IMG/VR virus record: IMGVR_UViG_3300047160_022640
Span: 23,769-87,768 of that record
Length of the DNA stretch: 64,000 nucleotides
Direction: 5' to 3' (one strand)
Source: a virus
Lineage: Duplodnaviria > Caudoviricetes
Below, one piece after another: positions 15,384 to 28,706 of this stretch (position 1 is the stretch's first letter; the number at the start of each line of letters is the position of its first letter). The notes below the pieces were generated by a model. It searched no databases, was not told the DNA's origin, and saw nothing but the letters and a program-made list of their open reading frames with translations. Position numbers and translations under genes: made by a program.

Positions 15384-18012
15384 GCGCGTGTTCATGTCGC
15401 TCGGCATCTTGCGTGTCGCGGCCAGTCTCGAGAGTGCCGGGCATCGAGTGGAGATGCTCGACCTGAGCGGTGTCGAGAACTTCGAAGAAGTCGCGGCTCT
15501 ACACGCTGCGAGTACGACGGCCAGCGCTGTCTGCATCACAGTGACGACGCCACAACTGCCAGCAGCGGTCAAGATCGTGGCGGCAATCAGACGAGCGGCA
15601 TCGCACTTGAAGATCATCGCCGGCGGGCCGCACATCACGCTCGTGCACTCTGCCGTGAAGCTCGAACGCAAGAGCTCGCGAGTCGGGCGCGCGCATCGGG
15701 CGCTCGACAAGCTTCAGCAGATCTTCGACGTGCTCGTGTCCGGTGACGGGGAGCTCGCGATCTTTGAAGCGCTCCGTGTGCCGAGCGGCGTCGTCGACGC
15801 AGACGTCCCGAACGGTGTGTTGTTCTTGACTAACAAGGCGTACGATGAGCTTGCGTGGCCAGCGCGTCATCTTGTTGACGTTGCAAGTTACAAGTACAGC
15901 ATCGACGGGTTCAAGGCGACGAGCGTGATCGCCCAGCTCGGGTGCCCGTTCGGCTGCGGATTTTCATTGACTGGTGACGCGCTAATTTCCATCGAATCAG
16001 GGTTCAAGAGACTGAGCGAGCTAGTTGCCGGCCCCGGCGCAATCGAGCGCTGCGCGCATGGCGGCGCGGTGTGCGTGCACCGTGTCTCGAAGAAAGTGGC
16101 TACGCATCAGGGATGGTCATCTGGTGTCGAGGTTGTCGACGAAGGTACGCGTCCTGTCTACGAAGTTCGTACAGAAAACGGGCTGCGACTGCGCGCAACG
16201 GCCGAGCATCCGTTCATGGCGGTCTCCGGGGACGATGTCGTGTGGCGAGACGTGCGAGACCTGCGAACAGGCGACTGGTTGGTTATGCAAGAGCCTGAGA
16301 TGAACTGGCCGAATGAATACGTCTCCCTGCCCGCCCCAGAATCGCTCCCGGAGATCCCGCGCGGCGGTTTCGAACGCAAGAAGCATCATCGGACGCCTTC
16401 AAGAATGACCCCAGATCTAGCCTGGTTGACAGGGTTCATTGTCGGCGACGGATGCTTGCCGGCGGATCGGCGTCCGTCGGTTCACATCTGCGTGACTGTT
16501 GCCGTCGCGGAAAAACTCGAACGCATCGTCTTGGAGCAATTTGGCGTTCGGCTGTGCGTCAACAGCTCGTCAGTTACCGGCAAGATGCGCCACGGGTGGA
16601 TACATAGCCGCATCGTTTACAACTTCTTCGCCGATGTGCTCCATATGGGCGCGGGCAACAAGCTCCACGTCCCAGAGCAAATACTTCGTTCGCCAAGGGA
16701 CGTGATCGAAGCGTTTTTGAGAGGGCTACTCGATGCGGACGGATACAACGATGGCCGGTCAGAGTATCTGACCACGGTTTCGTGGGATCTTGCTCGAGAG
16801 GTGGCAAATGTATGGTTGATGCTGGGTCACGTTCCCTCGATCAATGAGATCTCGGGGCCCGACTATTCACCGGGGACGTGCTATCGCGTACAAACATTTA
16901 GGAATGACCGAATTCCAACTAAGAAAGCGCTGTATCGGTCAACCAAGTCGGGCTCTTGGTATTGGCGCACGCCGCGCGATAAAACACACTTCCTAGGTAT
17001 TCGCAGGCGTACGCTACGCGAATCAGGGTTGACACACCCTCTTGATGTACCGGGTCGTCACTACGTACGTGTCGAGGCGATCACGCCTGGCGTTCCTGAG
17101 CGTGTGTACGACCTGCGTGTTCCTGGTGCGCATTCATTCTTGGCAGACGGCATCGTTTCGCACAACTGCGGCGGTCGGAACACTGCGATGCTCCGACGTA
17201 TTCGCACTAGATCGACGGAGAACATCGTCGCCGAGATCGAGCACTTGCACCGCACTTACGGCTTTCGCGCATGGATGTTCTACGACGACGAGCTCAACGT
17301 CAGCAAAACCTTCGTCGAGCTCCTACGCGCGCTCACAGCGTTGCAGGAACGTCTGGGGCAAGAGTTCCGGTTCCGCGGGTTTGTCAAATCGGAGCTCTTC
17401 AACGCAGAGCAAGCAGAGGAGATGCAGCGCGCCGGTTTCCGGTGGCTCCTCTGCGGCTTCGAGGCGGCCGATCCGCGCATCCTCGAGAACATCAACAAAC
17501 GCGCAACGCTCAAGGACAACGACCGTGTCATCGAACTCGCGCATAAGCACGGACTCAAGGTCAAGGCGCTCATGAGCGTCGGGCACCCGGGCGAATCAGA
17601 GACGACCATATACGCGGTTCGCGGATGGCTCACGTCGCGCGCGCCAGATGATTTCGACGTTACAACGATCACGACCTACCCGGGCACGCCGTACTACGAC
17701 GAGGCCGTACCGCACGAGAGCGCATCCGATGCGTGGACATACACCGCGCGCACCGGCGACCGATTGCATTCGCTCGACGTCGATTACACGCAAGTCGCTG
17801 ACTACTACAAGGGCGCCCCCGACAGTTATTGCTCGTACGTGTGGACCGACTACATTTCGCGCAAAGGGATCGTAGAGTGCCGCGACAATGTAGAACGCGA
17901 CGTGCGCGCGGCGCTCAGTATTCCATTTAATCCCAGTGCTCCCGGAGTGCGCTACGAGCACAGTTTCGGACAAGGAAAACTGCCTGAGCGAATTCTTCGG
18001 GAGAGCGCATGA
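15337..18012 (+). CDS. B12-binding radical SAM protein containing an intein
   Basis: N-terminal PLGIL-like SLGIL and IIAGGPH; CPFGCGF/C motif restored after intein removal; FYDDELN and GFEA downstream. Confidence 0.85.
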   Translation: MPIVMVIPPSLFLLDERVFMSLGILRVAASLESAGHRVEMLDLSGVENFEEVAALHAASTTASAVCITVTTPQLPAAVKIVAAIRRAASHLKIIAGGPHITLVHSAVKLERKSSRVGRAHRALDKLQQIFDVLVSGDGELAIFEALRVPSGVVDADVPNGVLFLTNKAYDELAWPARHLVDVASYKYSIDGFKATSVIAQLGCPFGCGFSLTGDALISIESGFKRLSELVAGPGAIERCAHGGAVCVHRVSKKVATHQGWSSGVEVVDEGTRPVYEVRTENGLRLRATAEHPFMAVSGDDVVWRDVRDLRTGDWLVMQEPEMNWPNEYVSLPAPESLPEIPRGGFERKKHHRTPSRMTPDLAWLTGFIVGDGCLPADRRPSVHICVTVAVAEKLERIVLEQFGVRLCVNSSSVTGKMRHGWIHSRIVYNFFADVLHMGAGNKLHVPEQILRSPRDVIEAFLRGLLDADGYNDGRSEYLTTVSWDLAREVANVWLMLGHVPSINEISGPDYSPGTCYRVQTFRNDRIPTKKALYRSTKSGSWYWRTPRDKTHFLGIRRRTLRESGLTHPLDVPGRHYVRVEAITPGVPERVYDLRVPGAHSFLADGIVSHNCGGRNTAMLRRIRTRSTENIVAEIEHLHRTYGFRAWMFYDDELNVSKTFVELLRALTALQERLGQEFRFRGFVKSELFNAEQAEEMQRAGFRWLLCGFEAADPRILENINKRATLKDNDRVIELAHKHGLKVKALMSVGHPGESETTIYAVRGWLTSRAPDDFDVTTITTYPGTPYYDEAVPHESASDAWTYTARTGDRLHSLDVDYTQVADYYKGAPDSYCSYVWTDYISRKGIVECRDNVERDVRAALSIPFNPSAPGVRYEHSFGQGKLPERILRESA
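15964..17166 (+). mobile_element. Intein (401 aa) with LAGLIDADG homing endonuclease
   Basis: Starts SLTGDALI; block B LRATAEHPF; LAWLTGFIVGDG and AFLRGLLDADG; ends VYDLRV..HSFLADGIVSHN followed by Cys+1. Confidence 0.92.
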
Positions 18013-18671
18013 AAGCGCTATGCTTCGTTCTGGACTCGGATCCTCCGGTACACGGTTGGGCAGAGACGTACGAGTATCACCGCAGCGTGTGGCGTCAATG
18101 CATTGATGTCTGCCGCGAGCGATGTCCGAATATCGACATCTTCTTCTTGCGGTCAAATCCGGACCTGAGTGTCGCGTTGAAAATAGCCGACAACTCGGTA
18201 GAGGTTCGCGGCCCGGAGAATTTCGACACAGTCTTACACAAGATCCAAGAAGGTATCGGCGCGCTGCTCAGCGGCCACGACTACGTCATCCAGACAGGAC
18301 TCTCGTCAATGTGGGATTTCCCGCTATTCGAACAAGAACCTGTTCGAAACGGCGTGTATGCGGGGCACGTTATCGAGAACCGATACATCTCCGGCGCCGG
18401 CATCATTCTGTCGAACAACGCCGCTAGGATCGTCTCCGAGTACCGGGATGCGCCGTCGTCAGGTTGGCAGGACGAGGCTATCTCCGACATTCTTAGCGCC
18501 CATCAGATACACCCAGAACATCGCGAGATGTTCTCGTACAACTACGCTCACGGGCCTGAGCAGCTCGAGACCAGGAGACATCTATGCTACAGAGTTCGGG
18601 ACTACCACAACTCGTACCGAGTGACCGAGCGCGAAGTAATGGCGCGCATCTTCAGCAAGATATACGGGTAA
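18009..18671 (+). CDS. Putative glycosyltransferase (GT31/fringe-like)
   Basis: HDYVIQTGLSSMWDF, YISGAGIILS, QDEAIS; sits in the glycosylation cluster. Confidence 0.55.
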   Translation: MKALCFVLDSDPPVHGWAETYEYHRSVWRQCIDVCRERCPNIDIFFLRSNPDLSVALKIADNSVEVRGPENFDTVLHKIQEGIGALLSGHDYVIQTGLSSMWDFPLFEQEPVRNGVYAGHVIENRYISGAGIILSNNAARIVSEYRDAPSSGWQDEAISDILSAHQIHPEHREMFSYNYAHGPEQLETRRHLCYRVRDYHNSYRVTEREVMARIFSKIYG

Positions 18672-21343
18672 CTCTCGTCACTGGATTCTTCCGGCTCCGA
18701 GATCGATCAGTCGACGAGGCGTTACAGTTTCAGCTGTTCGCGCAACTAGCTGCGTGCGGGCTCGACATCTTGCTGTTCCTTGATCAGGCGTTCATGGATC
18801 GCGCTCCGAAGCTATCGAATGTGCGCGTGATCCCGACGACGCTCGAGCAATTATGGGCGTTTCGGTGGGCTGACGGTCGCGAGATCGATCTGCCAGCGGC
18901 GCGCGAACCAACGAAGGACACGCGCGACTTTTTGCTGCTTCAGAACGCCAAACTCGACATGCTATCGCTTGCAGTTTGTCTCGATGATTCGTCTCACTTC
19001 GCATGGATCGATTTCGGCGTAATGAAGATCGTGCGCGATCCCGTACGCTTCTGGAGAAAGCTGCGTACTCTCCGACCGGCGGCGTCCTGCATTATGGCGC
19101 CCGGCTGTTGGGATCCGCGTCCCGATCACGACAACGATCACGTTAATTGGCGCTTCTGTGGCGGTTTTCTCCTTGCTGACCGCGCTTCGATTTTACCTCT
19201 CGCTGAACGAGCCAGAGCTTTCTTAGAAGAGACAGAGAGCCGGTTAACGTGGGAGGTCAATGTCTGGGCCGAACTCGAAAACCGCGGGCAGCACTTCGAT
19301 TGGTACAAGGCCGATCACGATGACACGATACTCCCGAGCTCGGTTCCACGTATCTGTCTCGTCATGATCGTCAAGAACGAGAGCGCTATCATCGAGCGCT
19401 GTCTCGCGTCGGCGTTGCCGCACATCGACACTTGGTGCATCACGGATACCGGCTCGACGGATGACACCGTGGCGAAGATAGAACGATTTTTCGAAGATCG
19501 CGGCATACCGGGGCGAATCGCGCGCGCGCCGTTCGAAGATTTCGCGCAGGCGCGCAACGCTTCTCTAGACAACGCGCGCGCGATGCCCGACTGGGATTAC
19601 GCGCTGCTCATCGATGCCGACATGGTACTTCGCGGAGCGATCGACAAAAAATCGCTGACCGCTCCTGCGTACAAGATCGTCCAGCACAACGGCAATCAGG
19701 ACTACATGAACGCGCGCATGGTCCTGCGTGGAGCCCCAGGAATCTATTTCGGAGTGACTCACGAGTATCTGTCAACAGCCGATCCGGCGGATCTCCCTGG
19801 GATCGAGATCGATGATCTAGGAGATGGTGGGAGCAAATCAGACAAGTCTGATCGCGACGTTCGGCTGCTCTTGAAGGGGCTCGAGAAGGAACCGCTCAAC
19901 GAGCGCTACATGTTCTACCTCGCGCAAACGTACCGCGAGCGCGATCAGCCGCATCGCGCCATCCCGTGGTATCGGAAGCGCATCGAGCGCGGAGGATGGG
20001 ATGAGGAGATCTACTACTCGCACTACGGAATCGCGATTTGTTACAAAGATCTCGATGACGAGGCGAAGTTCATCAGAGCGTGCTTCGAGGCGTACAACTA
20101 CCGACCTTGGCGAGCTGAGCCGCTTCAACTGCTAGCGACGTACTTTCGCGAGAAAGGAAAAAACGAAAGCGCATGCCTCATCGCGGAGGCACAGGCGCAA
20201 ATCAAACGCACTGACGAGCAACTGTTTTTAGATCGAAATGCTTACGATTATGGAGCCAAGAACGAACTGTCGATTGCCGGATTTCACAGTCGAGTGCCGA
20301 GTCGTCGTGCGGCTGGATACAAGGCGTGCTCCGAGCTCACAGTGCATCCGGACGATTTCATTCGTACCCAGGCTCGCAAGAACTTCACGTACTACGCGAA
20401 GTCAGCGTTAGAGCTCTTTCAGGCTGACGTACGTCCGATCAAGTGGATGCCGCCGGAGCCCGGCTGGGCGCCAATGAACCCGTCCGTCTTCGTTGGTATC
20501 GGCGGTGAGCCCGGCGGAGACGGCAAGCGCCGTCTCGTTCTCGTGCGAACAGTCAACTACGTCGTGAGTGACGGCCAGTATCCGACAAATGACGGCAGCG
20601 GCATCATTCGCACGAAGAACTACGTCGTTGAAATGGACAACAGGTGGCGTCCGATCGTGTCGACGCTGGTCAGAGACATGACAGGCATCGCGAAGAACAA
20701 TTTTCCTGTCGAAGGTTTTGAAGATTGTCGCTTGTGGGCGAACGACGAGAATTACGTCGTCTCCACGACCGTTCGCGATTTATGGGACAACGCGAACGGC
20801 CATTGCGAGATGGCTATCGTGGAGCTCGACGAGGCATGGCGCGCAGACGATCTACTCGTAATTCGCGACTACCAACACGAGAAGACGCAGAAGAACTGGA
20901 TGCCGATCGTCGGAAGACCGGGCGCATTTTTGTACCTCTGTCATCCGACGATCGCAATCGAAGTCGCGAACAATGGTCGTACCGTAGAGATCGCGCGTCA
21001 CCTCAGCGCAGGAAGAACGGAGGACAGTACACCGATCTCTCTCATCGATGTGCGCGGCGGGTCACAACTCATTCCTCATCGTGACGGTTGGATCTGTCTC
21101 GTGCACGAAGTCGCATGGCGCCCCGAACGCGTCTACCTACATCGTTTCGTGCGCTTCGACGCCGCTTTCAAGATCGTCGCGCTCAGCGATCTGTTTTATT
21201 TCCAGCGTGTTGGCATTGAATTCTGCGCAGGACTTGCGCGGGACGGTGACAGACTGGTTGCCAGTTTCGGCGTGAACGACGCTTCAGCGCATTTGGCTTT
21301 TTTCGGTGTCGAATCTGTCGAAAACGCCTTGAAATGCCTGTGA
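18662..21343 (+). CDS. Multidomain glycosyltransferase: HtrL-like + GT2 + TPR + beta-propeller glycosidase-like domain
   Basis: VTLVTGFF..HFAWIDFG; ICLVMIVKNE..IERCL..DTGSTD; DYALLIDAD; helical repeats FYLAQTY/HYGIAICY; start uncertain (ATG 18584 or ATA 18662). Confidence 0.8.
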   Translation: MRVTLVTGFFRLRDRSVDEALQFQLFAQLAACGLDILLFLDQAFMDRAPKLSNVRVIPTTLEQLWAFRWADGREIDLPAAREPTKDTRDFLLLQNAKLDMLSLAVCLDDSSHFAWIDFGVMKIVRDPVRFWRKLRTLRPAASCIMAPGCWDPRPDHDNDHVNWRFCGGFLLADRASILPLAERARAFLEETESRLTWEVNVWAELENRGQHFDWYKADHDDTILPSSVPRICLVMIVKNESAIIERCLASALPHIDTWCITDTGSTDDTVAKIERFFEDRGIPGRIARAPFEDFAQARNASLDNARAMPDWDYALLIDADMVLRGAIDKKSLTAPAYKIVQHNGNQDYMNARMVLRGAPGIYFGVTHEYLSTADPADLPGIEIDDLGDGGSKSDKSDRDVRLLLKGLEKEPLNERYMFYLAQTYRERDQPHRAIPWYRKRIERGGWDEEIYYSHYGIAICYKDLDDEAKFIRACFEAYNYRPWRAEPLQLLATYFREKGKNESACLIAEAQAQIKRTDEQLFLDRNAYDYGAKNELSIAGFHSRVPSRRAAGYKACSELTVHPDDFIRTQARKNFTYYAKSALELFQADVRPIKWMPPEPGWAPMNPSVFVGIGGEPGGDGKRRLVLVRTVNYVVSDGQYPTNDGSGIIRTKNYVVEMDNRWRPIVSTLVRDMTGIAKNNFPVEGFEDCRLWANDENYVVSTTVRDLWDNANGHCEMAIVELDEAWRADDLLVIRDYQHEKTQKNWMPIVGRPGAFLYLCHPTIAIEVANNGRTVEIARHLSAGRTEDSTPISLIDVRGGSQLIPHRDGWICLVHEVAWRPERVYLHRFVRFDAAFKIVALSDLFYFQRVGIEFCAGLARDGDRLVASFGVNDASAHLAFFGVESVENALKCL

Positions 21344-21403
21344 ACCCGTTGTGGCGGTTACGACCTCGAACTGGTACTGTCAAGCAGACAAGAAGAGGTC
21401 TAG

Positions 21404-23481
<2,078 letters not shown>

Positions 23482-23482
<1 letters not shown>

Positions 23483-24513
23483 TGGCGAAGCAGACGCCAT
23501 ACAGGATCGCGGGACCTGTCAGACTTCAGACGGACATCACCACGGTCTATTCGGTTCCTTACAATTCGAAGGCAACCGTCAATTCAATTCAGTTCTTCAA
23601 TCAATCAGGATCACCGAGAACGGTCACGTTCGCGCTCGGCGTGGACTCGGGTCAGACACGTGTCTACACAGAGGTGATACCAGCGAATGGGCAGCTAAAC
23701 TTCAGAGTCGGTTACGCGCTAGAGGACAACGGGGAAATCCAGGCGTCCGTTGATCTCAACTACGCCGTGATGATGACTGTGAACGGTACCGAGCTCCTCG
23801 GGGACCAAACTGGCCTTCCAATGCCTGGGATATCCGGAAATTGGGTGCTCGTATTTCAAGATGACTTCGACGGACCGGTTAACAGTGCGCCCAATCTAAA
23901 CAACTGGGGGTACTGGCTAGACGGACAGATGCGCAATGCCGCTATCAACAGTTACAAGAACACGTTCTTGGACGGATCAGGAAACTTGCAGCTGCGAGTC
24001 ACCAACGCCGATATCGGATACGGAGCCGGCGTCATCACAGCTGGAGGACTGACAACCGAAACACTGAAGATATTCGGAGTCGGTTGTTATTTCGAAGCTC
24101 GGTGCAAGATCACGTCTGGCTGGTTCGGATGGTGGATCCAGAGCCCACTGATGGACGGGATCGTGTCTCCAGCTGAAGACGGAACAGAAATGGATCTGAT
24201 CGAATCCTGCTGCCCTGGACCGGTGCATCACGCTGTGCATTGGGGTGGTTACGGATCAGGACATATGTTTGAGACGTTCAATCCGACAGTAGATCAGACG
24301 CAGTTCAACACGTACGGAATGCAGTGGACTCCAACCGCATACAACTTCAACACGAATGGAGTTGTAGATTGGGTATTCACAGACGCTATTTCAGAGCGCA
24401 GAGACCAGTTCGTGCGTCTGACTATGGAAGACAACGGAGACTACACGTCTGGTGATGTGCGAGTAGACTACGTACGAATCTGGAGACCCAGATTCGGCTG
24501 GACGGGGGACTAA
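23482..24513 (+). CDS. Beta-sandwich N-domain fused to glycoside hydrolase family 16 domain
   Basis: WVLVFQDDF, GYFEARCK-like CYFEARCK, catalytic EMDLIE (ExDxxE), VDYVRIW; ATG overlaps the upstream stop. Confidence 0.85.
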
Positions 24514-25206
24514 ATGCCCAGCGTCAAAGCGACAGGAACCAGCATCTTCGTCGGTCGCACGGGCGGGTTTCCGGCCACGTTCACGTTCGGTGTATGGCTT
24601 AGAATCAACTCGTATTCGACTAATTTCACACAAGGCATCTTGTGGGCGAACAATCTAGGCGGAGGTGGCGGCGGAGGTGTAGACACCGACGAGAGCGGCA
24701 GCTCTACCACTCTGGATGCGTACGTATTCAAAGGCGCCACTGAAGATTTCGTGAGCATCTTAACCGGTAGTTACACGAACTGGGTGTTCGTCGCCCTCAC
24801 ACACACTAGCGGCAGCAACAACTTCGACGTGTACTGGAGAAATCAGGAACAGGCGTACCTCAATCACCACACGCTAAATTGTGGCGCGGATCTGGACCTA
24901 AACGCCGGCCTGTCTGTGGCTGGCGGATCCGGAGAGGTCAGCGCGACCAATGCCAGAAACTTTTTCCTGAAGAACAGCGTACTCACGGCGACTCAGATTT
25001 TAGCCTCTTCGATGAGCATGGGGGCCCCCAGCGGATCCAACGAGACGTACCTGGTGTTGAGCTCCGCGACAGGCGCAGGAACTAACGGCGGTACGGGTGG
25101 AAACTGGACGGTCACTGGCGCGTTGGCTACAGACAGCACCGCAGGGAGTCAACCGGAGCCCGATTTACCTTCTGCGCTACTGATGGGGTCAGGATCAACC
25201 AGCTAG
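24514..25206 (+). CDS. LamG/concanavalin-like domain protein
   Basis: FTFGVWLR..WVFVALT..FDVYW pattern. Confidence 0.6.
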   Translation: MPSVKATGTSIFVGRTGGFPATFTFGVWLRINSYSTNFTQGILWANNLGGGGGGGVDTDESGSSTTLDAYVFKGATEDFVSILTGSYTNWVFVALTHTSGSNNFDVYWRNQEQAYLNHHTLNCGADLDLNAGLSVAGGSGEVSATNARNFFLKNSVLTATQILASSMSMGAPSGSNETYLVLSSATGAGTNGGTGGNWTVTGALATDSTAGSQPEPDLPSALLMGSGSTS

Positions 25207-25216
25207 GAATACGACA

Positions 25217-27232
<2,016 letters not shown>

Positions 27233-27243
27233 AAGGCGGAGCT

Positions 27244-28692
27244 ATTCAGGTCCCGTTACCCGCTATCGGCGCTATCCGATGGGACGGCGGTTGGACGCCC
27301 GATCTCACGCCGGCGCAATCCGGAATCGGCGTCAACTTCGAAGCGAATTACCCGCATAGGCAGCCGTCTATATGGGGCGGCACTTGGTACCTATGGTCGG
27401 ACAACAACCCGCTGAGCGTTCCGACACTTTCGTATATGGACGCCGATATCACGGCGTGCACCGGCGCGTTGGATTACTGGATCTACTACCATACGCCACC
27501 TCCGGCTGTGTACGGAGCTGACGCCCCCGCGCGCCCGTACACCACAGCGTACGGGTTGTTCAGAGCGTTCCAAGCGCACCAGGCGAGCTCAATCAAGACA
27601 CACGTCAAATTCGCTGTGATGTACGGTGCTTTTTGGCTGGCGTATCCGAATGCTATGACAGATCCGGTTTGGCCGCACGTTGCCGACATCGCCGCGTACA
27701 CGGCAAACCTATTCAACGATCCGGCTTACCAGCGCATAGACGGCATTCCGTTACTGGGCGTCTTCAACGCGACCGACTTCAGCACTGGCAATGCGAACAC
27801 CAACTTCTTGGCGTTTCTTGCTGCGCTCAACCAGCCGGTGTTCCTGATCGGCTTCGGAGGAATCAGTCAAACAGCGTGGACGAACGCGCACATGAACACC
27901 GGGACCTCTTACGGAATTAACGGTGCTACCCCCAGCTCGGTACATGTCTCTTGGGGCGTACAACACTCAAAGGATGTCAGCATCATTCCGACAGCTCCGT
28001 TCGCGCGTATCGAAACGATCAACGTCAACCGAGACCCGCGCGGACGCTACGGCGAGCCGACGCCGTACGGGTGGAGCGATCCTCCAACGCCGCCCGACTT
28101 CGAAACGGTGCTTATTACCGCGCTGGCCGATTACCCGCACACGGTGATCGTCGGCACGTACGATGAGCTCGACGAAGAGGGATCGCGAATGATGCCTACC
28201 GTGCAAGACGGAACGAGCTACGGAATCGATCCGATAGTGCGTGTACGTACCGGCACTAGGCCTCCAACGATCACGTACAAGCGCGGAACCTCGACATTCG
28301 ATTTTTCACTGGCTGGCTCTTGGACACACATCGCGGCAGGGACGGCCGGCGTCACAGGCAACTACGACAGCAACGAGCAACAGAGCAGCAACACGAACGA
28401 CACCTGTCTCTTGACGCTGAGCGCTTCGATCATGGGAAGCGCCTTGAGCGCCCACATCACGCCCACGTGCCAGAATGGTCCCGATCGAGGGATCGTTCGA
28501 GTCCTCAAAAACGGAGTTAGTCAGGGCACCGTAGACCTCTACTCGGCTAGTCCGACCTACCAAGTTCCGACGATAACTGTAAGCGGAGTAGCCGGCGATA
28601 TCATCGGATTGCAGGTGACAGGCACCAAGAACGCGTCCAGCTCATCTGTACTCATCGGCACCGATGCCTTTACAATAGAGCTCATCACGTAG
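27244..28692 (+). CDS. Putative glycoside hydrolase (GH99-like TIM-barrel) with C-terminal carbohydrate-binding-like domain
   Basis: Frame open from 27235; AIGAIRWDGGW lies upstream of the first ATG (27436); C-terminal GPDRG..VDLY..VTGTKNASSS; start uncertain. Confidence 0.55.
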   Translation: MQVPLPAIGAIRWDGGWTPDLTPAQSGIGVNFEANYPHRQPSIWGGTWYLWSDNNPLSVPTLSYMDADITACTGALDYWIYYHTPPPAVYGADAPARPYTTAYGLFRAFQAHQASSIKTHVKFAVMYGAFWLAYPNAMTDPVWPHVADIAAYTANLFNDPAYQRIDGIPLLGVFNATDFSTGNANTNFLAFLAALNQPVFLIGFGGISQTAWTNAHMNTGTSYGINGATPSSVHVSWGVQHSKDVSIIPTAPFARIETINVNRDPRGRYGEPTPYGWSDPPTPPDFETVLITALADYPHTVIVGTYDELDEEGSRMMPTVQDGTSYGIDPIVRVRTGTRPPTITYKRGTSTFDFSLAGSWTHIAAGTAGVTGNYDSNEQQSSNTNDTCLLTLSASIMGSALSAHITPTCQNGPDRGIVRVLKNGVSQGTVDLYSASPTYQVPTITVSGVAGDIIGLQVTGTKNASSSSVLIGTDAFTIELIT

Positions 28693-28706
28693 CCGGAGAA
28701 AAGAAC

